Notes under the pieces: generated by a model
The model's input: only the letters and a program-made list of their open reading frames with translations
Databases searched by the model: none
Told to the model about the DNA's origin: nothing
Part shown: positions 58,658-64,000 of the stretch, piece by piece
How the letters are laid out: every line of letters begins with the position of its first letter
Numbering within the stretch: the stretch's first letter is position 1
Program-made: the position numbers and the translations under genes
NCBI GenBank assembly: GCA_001786765.1
Contig: MFTH01000008.1
Span: forward strand, 2,939-66,938
Reading direction: 5' to 3'
Length of the DNA stretch: 64,000 nt
Source of the DNA: Candidatus Nomurabacteria bacterium RIFCSPHIGHO2_01_FULL_37_25
Lineage (GTDB): Bacteria > Patescibacteriota > Minisyncoccia > Phycocordibacterales > UBA9973

Positions 58658-58731
58658 CCGCCTGTAGCTCAGTTGGTTAGAGCATCTAGCTTATACCTAG
58701 AGGGTCCTACGTTCGAATCGTAGCAGGCGGA
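58658..58731 (+). tRNA. tRNA-Ile(TAT)
   Basis: hand fold: acceptor CCGCCTG/CAGGCGG, D-arm GCTC-AGTTGGTTA-GAGC, anticodon stem TCTAG/CTAGA, loop CTTATAC, T-arm CTACG-TTCGAAT-CGTAG; CCA not encoded. Confidence 0.75.
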
Positions 58732-58736
58732 CAACA

Positions 58737-61079
58737 TTACTCAAAATGAAATTCACCGGCTTTTTGGTGAACTTTTTGTTTAAGGAGGGGATAGTTTGAA
58801 AGTTCAGGATTTTCTTCTATCAAACGAATAGCTTCCGCGCGAGCGGCTTCCACCATTTTAATATTTTTAATCGCTTCCATGCCGAGATCAGTGATGCCCC
58901 ATTGTTTTACGCCTCCTAGTTCTCCGGCGCCACGAAGCGACAAATCTAATTCTGCCAATTCAAAACCATTCTTGGCGGTTTTCAATGCTTTCAGGCGAGC
59001 TATCGTTTTTTCACTTTTTGCTTCAGCAAAGATATAGCAATACGCTTGATGTGAGCTTCTGATTACACGTCCGCGCAATTGATGCAGTTGAGCCAGTCCA
59101 AAACGTTCCGCGCCTTCTATTATTATGACTGTGGCATTGGGGACATTTACTCCCACCTCCACCACAGAGGTGGCGCAAAGAATATTTAAATTGCCTTTTA
59201 CAAATTCCTGCATAACTTTTTCTTTTTTTTCCTTGCTCATTTTACTGTGGAGTACACCTATTTCATATTCGTAAAAAATTTCTTTTTTGAGACGTTTAGC
59301 TTCTGAAGTTACCGCTTTCATTTCTAGCGCTCCGAGCCGAGTGTTGCCGGACTCACCACGAAAATTTTCTGCTGAAAATTTTCTCTCTTCGTCGCCGTCG
59401 CTTCTCCGAAGGGTTCGCTCGACAACACTCGGCTCTTCGCCAGCTTCAAAAATTCTCGGACAAATTACATAGAGCTGTCTGCCAGACTTTAATTCTTTTC
59501 GTATTTGTTCATAAGTTTCCTCGCGCTTATCAGGTGTAATAATTTCTGTAATTATTTGTTTTCTGCCGGCCGGCATTTCATCTAGAAGCGACAGGTCCAA
59601 GTCGCCATAAATAGTAAGCGCGAGCGTGCGGGGGATGGGAGTAGCTGTCATAGAAAGCAAATGTGGCGCATTTGTAATTCCTTTTGCGTCTTTTCTCACT
59701 AGTTTTCTTCTTTGGGTTGTGCCAAATCTATGCTGTTCATCAATAACGGCTAATGCTAAATTTTTAAATTTTACAGTTTTTTGAATAAGAGCGTGTGTGC
59801 CTACAAGGATAGATATTTCTCCGTTCATTACCCATTTTAAAAGTTGCGCGCGAGAAATTGTAGTCCAGTTTACTTTACCATCGGGGCTGATTGTTTTTGC
59901 CGGAAATTTTCGACAACCGCTTCCCGTGATGAGTCCTATATTAATCGGCAAATACTGAAAATAATTTATAAAAGATTCAAAATGTTGAGTCGCTAATATT
60001 TCTGTCGGCGCCATATAAGCCACCTGCAGACCTGCTCGCAGTGTAACACTGCTCGTTGCGGGAGGGTTATAATTATTTTTTGCCTGATTTACTACAGCAT
60101 ATGCGGCCGTCGCTGCCACGGCAGTTTTTCCGCTTCCGACATCACCCTCCAATAGTCTAGACATAGGGAAGTTTTTTGCTATATCGTTTAATATTGTTTC
60201 AATTGATTTCGTCTGTGAGTTAGTGGGCTTAAAAGGAAAACGTTTCAAGAATTCTGCCGTATCTTTTCCACTTTGTTTTATTTGGAAAGATTTATTCTTT
60301 CTGTATTCAAATTTATCATGCTGGCGTTCAAGCTGAATGCAAAAAACTTCTTCAAAAGCGAATCTTTTGCGCGCAGACTCCGCATCTTTGGCATTTTTTG
60401 GTTTATGTATCCAGATGAGCGCAGTTTTTAGCGTTGGCAGATGATACTTATCTAGTATTTCTTTTGGTATGTAATCTTCTATCGTATCTAAAAACCGAGC
60501 TTCTTTCCCGCCAGAGGCGGGTCCGCCTTTGGCGGATATAATTTTTAAGATAGTGTGATAAAACCATTTTGAAGTTATTCCTCTGGTTTCAATATAAACA
60601 GGAAAACCAAATACCTCACTCTGTTTTTTCTTGTCAAAATTAAATAAAGAATCATGTATATCAATCGGCATTGAATCAACTTTTTTAAATTCTGGGTTTG
60701 CCAGATATTTGCCTCTTTTACTTTCCATTACTTTACCTGTGAATTCTACAAATTGTCCGGAATGTATCATTTTTGCCATATAAGCCTGATTAAACCAAAA
60801 TACTTTTATTTTTCCGGTTTCGTCTATTACTTCTCCTTCAGCTCTCAAGATTTTACTTTTATATCCTCGCTTTATATCTGGACTCCAAAATTTTCCATAT
60901 ACTGTGGCATATTCTCCTGCCACCAATTGATTTATGGGTTTTATTTCACTGATATGTGAATAGCGGACAGGGAAGTGAAAAAGCAGATCTGCCACAGAGA
61001 AAAGTTTGAGTTTATGTAAAGCTTTTTTCTGATTTTTATCCAAGCGGAATTTTTCTTCGAGTTTGTCGTGAAGTTGCAT
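58737..61079 (-). CDS. recG: ATP-dependent DNA helicase RecG
   Basis: SF2 motifs (GSGKT, DEQHRFG, MTATPIPRTL), N-terminal wedge/OB region. Confidence 0.8.
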   Translation of the reverse strand: MQLHDKLEEKFRLDKNQKKALHKLKLFSVADLLFHFPVRYSHISEIKPINQLVAGEYATVYGKFWSPDIKRGYKSKILRAEGEVIDETGKIKVFWFNQAYMAKMIHSGQFVEFTGKVMESKRGKYLANPEFKKVDSMPIDIHDSLFNFDKKKQSEVFGFPVYIETRGITSKWFYHTILKIISAKGGPASGGKEARFLDTIEDYIPKEILDKYHLPTLKTALIWIHKPKNAKDAESARKRFAFEEVFCIQLERQHDKFEYRKNKSFQIKQSGKDTAEFLKRFPFKPTNSQTKSIETILNDIAKNFPMSRLLEGDVGSGKTAVAATAAYAVVNQAKNNYNPPATSSVTLRAGLQVAYMAPTEILATQHFESFINYFQYLPINIGLITGSGCRKFPAKTISPDGKVNWTTISRAQLLKWVMNGEISILVGTHALIQKTVKFKNLALAVIDEQHRFGTTQRRKLVRKDAKGITNAPHLLSMTATPIPRTLALTIYGDLDLSLLDEMPAGRKQIITEIITPDKREETYEQIRKELKSGRQLYVICPRIFEAGEEPSVVERTLRRSDGDEERKFSAENFRGESGNTRLGALEMKAVTSEAKRLKKEIFYEYEIGVLHSKMSKEKKEKVMQEFVKGNLNILCATSVVEVGVNVPNATVIIIEGAERFGLAQLHQLRGRVIRSSHQAYCYIFAEAKSEKTIARLKALKTAKNGFELAELDLSLRGAGELGGVKQWGITDLGMEAIKNIKMVEAARAEAIRLIEENPELSNYPLLKQKVHQKAGEFHFE

Positions 61080-63426
61080 GTATGAATTATATAACTATTA
61101 TGATATATTACGAATAATGAATATTTCTAAAACTTACAAAGTAAAAGGAATGCACTGCGCTTCGTGCGCAAGTATTATTGAAAGAGCGGTCAAGAAAATC
61201 GATGGAGTAGAAGACATTTCAGTAAACAATGGCACCGAGAACGCAAGAATATCTTTTGATGAAAGTAAGACAAGCCCAGAAGATTTTAATAAGAAGTTAG
61301 AACCATTAGGGTATTCTTTGGTTCATGATGTGACTGAAAATATGACAGCTAGCGAAATGGGTATGTCTGCTAGCGAACATGCGGCGCATCTTGGGCTTAA
61401 TCAATCAAAAAAAGAAAAACTGAAAGAAATAGACGATATGAGAAAAGGAATGTTTGGCGCGCTTCCTGTCGCAGGTACCAGTATTTTTATAATGGGTTGG
61501 GAAATATTTGGACAATACAATCTAGTCGCTCCAATGTCTCATACAATGTATGAATTTTTCCACCACCTTCTGCCAATCTTTGCCACATACATTTTTGTAA
61601 CTATCGGCAAGCCATACTTGCTCGGAGTGTATAGATTTTTTCGTTATGGGAAAGCGAATATGGATACGCTTATCGGACTTGGAACATCAGTCGCCTTTTT
61701 ATACAGTTTTATTGTTACGGCATTTGAAGAAGTTTTGAAACCATATCTGAGCGCGCAATACAATTTTTACGATGTTTCTATTGTGGTGATTACTTTCATT
61801 GCTTTAGGAAAATATTTAGAGGCAAAATCAAAACTAAAAACTGGAGATGCAATTGAAAAACTCTTAGGACTTCAAGTAAAAAATGCTCTTGTCATAAGAG
61901 GTGGAAGAGAAATTGAAATAAAAATTGAAGAAGTAAAGCATGGGGAAATTATCATTGTAAAACCCGGACAAAAAATTCCTGTTGACGGGGTTGTTGTAGA
62001 AGGCTCCTCATATGTTGATGAAGCAATGATCAGTGGCGAACCAATTCCTGTAGAAAAAAGTATCGGTATGCAAGTTGTCGCTGGAACTATCAACACGACA
62101 GGAACTTTTAATTTTAGAGCGACAAAAGTTGGCTCTGAAACTTTGTTATCTCATATTATAAAAATGGTTGAGGACGCGCAAGGTAGCCGTGCCCCGATAC
62201 AAGCCCTTGCGGATAAAATCTCTGCTGTATTTGTGCCGATTGTATTAGTTGTCGCGATCATTTCATTTGGATTGTGGATGTATTTTGGTTTGCCAGTGTT
62301 TGGGTTTTCAAAAGCGCTCTCATTTGCGCTCACTGCGTTTGTAGGAATACTTGTCATTGCTTGTCCTTGCGCTCTCGGTCTCGCTACTCCTACGGCTATT
62401 ATTGTCGGAGTCGGCAAAGGAGCAAGAGAAGGAATATTAGTGAAGGATGCGGCAACGCTTGAGAAATTACACAAGGTGGATGTGGTGGTAGTTGATAAAA
62501 CAGGCACTATAACTCTAGGCAAGCCTACTCTTGTTAATATAGAAAACTTTTCAGAACAAAAAAATGATGAGTTGATATCAATCCTTGCGACGCTTGAGAA
62601 AAAGTCCGAACATCCTATTGCCCATGCAATAGTGAGTTACGCGCAAGGGAAAAATATTAATATAAAAGACATTTCAAACTTTGAAAGTATTAAGGGGAAA
62701 GGATTAAAAGGGTTAATCAATACTACAGAATATTTTGCTGGGAACATAAAGCTTGCGCAGGATCTCGGACTCACATTTGATCATTCAAAATTGGAACAAT
62801 ATACAGTAGAAGGCAAAACTCCCGTTATACTCGCGACAAAAGAAAAAGTGCTGGGTTTTATAATGGTTGCGGACGAAATAAAAACAGAATCAAAAGAAGC
62901 TGTAGAGAATCTACATAGACTTGGAATAAGAGTGGTGATGTTGACCGGAGACAATAAAAACACTGCAGAATATATTGCAAAACTTGCGGGTATAGATGAA
63001 GTTATAGCTCAAGTTTTGCCGGAAGATAAGTTGAAAAAAATAAGTGAATTGCAGAAGGCCGGGCATATAGTGGCAATGACCGGAGACGGGGTGAATGATG
63101 CTCCAGCGCTCGCTCAGGCTGATGTGGGTATTGCTATGGGCACAGGCACGGATGTGGCTATTGAGTCTGCTGGGATCACGCTTCTCCACGGGGATATTTC
63201 AAAACTCGTCAAAGCGATCAAGCTTTCAAAAGTGACTATGCGTGGAATAAAGCAAAATCTCTTCTGGGCATTCTTTTATAATATTGTTGGAATTCCGCTG
63301 GCGGCAGGAGTCTTTTATCCGATTTTTGGCTGGTTGCTCTCGCCTGTTTTTGCCGGTTTTGCAATGGCGATGTCTTCCGTTTCTGTAGTCGGAAATTCAT
63401 TAAGAATTAAAAGTAAGAAATTGTAA
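61078..63426 (+). CDS. copA: copper/heavy-metal translocating P1B-type ATPase
   Basis: N-terminal HMA (GMHCASCAS), CPC in TM6, DKTGTIT, GDGVNDAPAL; start may be the internal Met at 61117. Confidence 0.85.
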   Translation: MYELYNYYDILRIMNISKTYKVKGMHCASCASIIERAVKKIDGVEDISVNNGTENARISFDESKTSPEDFNKKLEPLGYSLVHDVTENMTASEMGMSASEHAAHLGLNQSKKEKLKEIDDMRKGMFGALPVAGTSIFIMGWEIFGQYNLVAPMSHTMYEFFHHLLPIFATYIFVTIGKPYLLGVYRFFRYGKANMDTLIGLGTSVAFLYSFIVTAFEEVLKPYLSAQYNFYDVSIVVITFIALGKYLEAKSKLKTGDAIEKLLGLQVKNALVIRGGREIEIKIEEVKHGEIIIVKPGQKIPVDGVVVEGSSYVDEAMISGEPIPVEKSIGMQVVAGTINTTGTFNFRATKVGSETLLSHIIKMVEDAQGSRAPIQALADKISAVFVPIVLVVAIISFGLWMYFGLPVFGFSKALSFALTAFVGILVIACPCALGLATPTAIIVGVGKGAREGILVKDAATLEKLHKVDVVVVDKTGTITLGKPTLVNIENFSEQKNDELISILATLEKKSEHPIAHAIVSYAQGKNINIKDISNFESIKGKGLKGLINTTEYFAGNIKLAQDLGLTFDHSKLEQYTVEGKTPVILATKEKVLGFIMVADEIKTESKEAVENLHRLGIRVVMLTGDNKNTAEYIAKLAGIDEVIAQVLPEDKLKKISELQKAGHIVAMTGDGVNDAPALAQADVGIAMGTGTDVAIESAGITLLHGDISKLVKAIKLSKVTMRGIKQNLFWAFFYNIVGIPLAAGVFYPIFGWLLSPVFAGFAMAMSSVSVVGNSLRIKSKKL

Positions 63427-63471
63427 AAGGTCGATAGTAAAAATGATTATAATAAGACTAACTCTTAATTT

Positions 63472-64000
63472 ATGTGTTTTTCAGCAACAGCAAGTTTTGT
63501 AGCCGGAGGAGCGCTCACTGCAGTTGGAGTGGCTACAATAAAAAAGACTAAACGAAAAGCGGAGCTACCTTTTGCTACTATTCCACTCTTGTTCGGAATT
63601 CAGCAAATCATTGAAGGAATTGTCTGGATTTCTTTCAGCAATCCCACTCTGAATGTTATCTCGACTTATGCATACTCTATGTTTTCGCACGTATTGTGGC
63701 CGATATTTATTCCTGTAGCTATCTTGCTTTTGGAAAAAGATCCTGCAAGGAAGAAAATTTTGCATGTACTTGCTGGTATTGGTTTGGCGGTGGGAATATT
63801 TCTCTTTTATTTCATTCTAGCGAATGGAGTTACCGCGCGGACTGTGAATAATAGTATTGCATATATTTCCTCGCATTTATATTTACCTTTAATACTGACT
63901 CTCTACGTGCTCGCAACATGTGTAAGTTTTTTTATCTCAAGTAGCAAAACGTTAAATGTTATTGGAATAGTGATGTCTTCATCTTTTTTTATCGCAGGTT
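63472..64000 (+). CDS. hypothetical polytopic membrane protein (3' partial, runs off the window)
   Basis: ATG at 63472 with open frame to window end, several hydrophobic helices. Confidence 0.35.
   Translation, partial: MCFSATASFVAGGALTAVGVATIKKTKRKAELPFATIPLLFGIQQIIEGIVWISFSNPTLNVISTYAYSMFSHVLWPIFIPVAILLLEKDPARKKILHVLAGIGLAVGIFLFYFILANGVTARTVNNSIAYISSHLYLPLILTLYVLATCVSFFISSSKTLNVIGIVMSSSFFIAG

Overview
Low-GC (~35%) bacterial chromosome segment with Candidate Phyla Radiation/Patescibacteria character: small genome style, archaeal-type Cmk/PyrH, no rpmD (L30), short L15. Main content in order: a pilMNO pilus-assembly cluster; housekeeping genes (murB, FKBP, secE-nusG-rplK, folA-thyA-dCMP deaminase, a DEAD-box helicase); a broken-up str operon (rpsL-rpsG-[hicBA]-fusA-[hicBA]-pyrE-pyrF-tuf); the S10/spc ribosomal-protein cluster rpsJ through secY-adk-map; a 923-aa P-loop ATPase plus CYTH protein operon; infC-rpmI-rplT; smpB with a manually identified ssrA (tmRNA) next to it; ftsH; recG; and two P-type ATPases (MgtA-like, CopA-like). 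RNA genes found by hand-folding: tRNA-Val(TAC), tRNA-His(GTG), tRNA-Ile(TAT), and tmRNA. The most striking feature is a family of at least nine ~100-135-bp palindromic elements (terminal inverted repeats TCCCG...CGGG). Seven of them sit in intergenic junctions inside the ribosomal-protein operon and before ftsH and a beta-CASP nuclease gene. Six of those seven are flanked by a 4-6-bp direct duplication of ATGA(A/G)(A), and in all seven the downstream copy of that motif supplies the start codon of the next gene. One 279-bp member carries a small GIY-YIG nuclease gene exactly filling its loop, and the short copies look like deletion derivatives of it (MITE-like). Other features: three hicB-hicA toxin-antitoxin pairs inserted inside ribosomal operons (one flanked by a 70-bp duplication of the rplB 3' end); small GC-rich double-hairpin repeats inserted in frame inside rplC and murB; and a 2-copy ~95-nt structured repeat.
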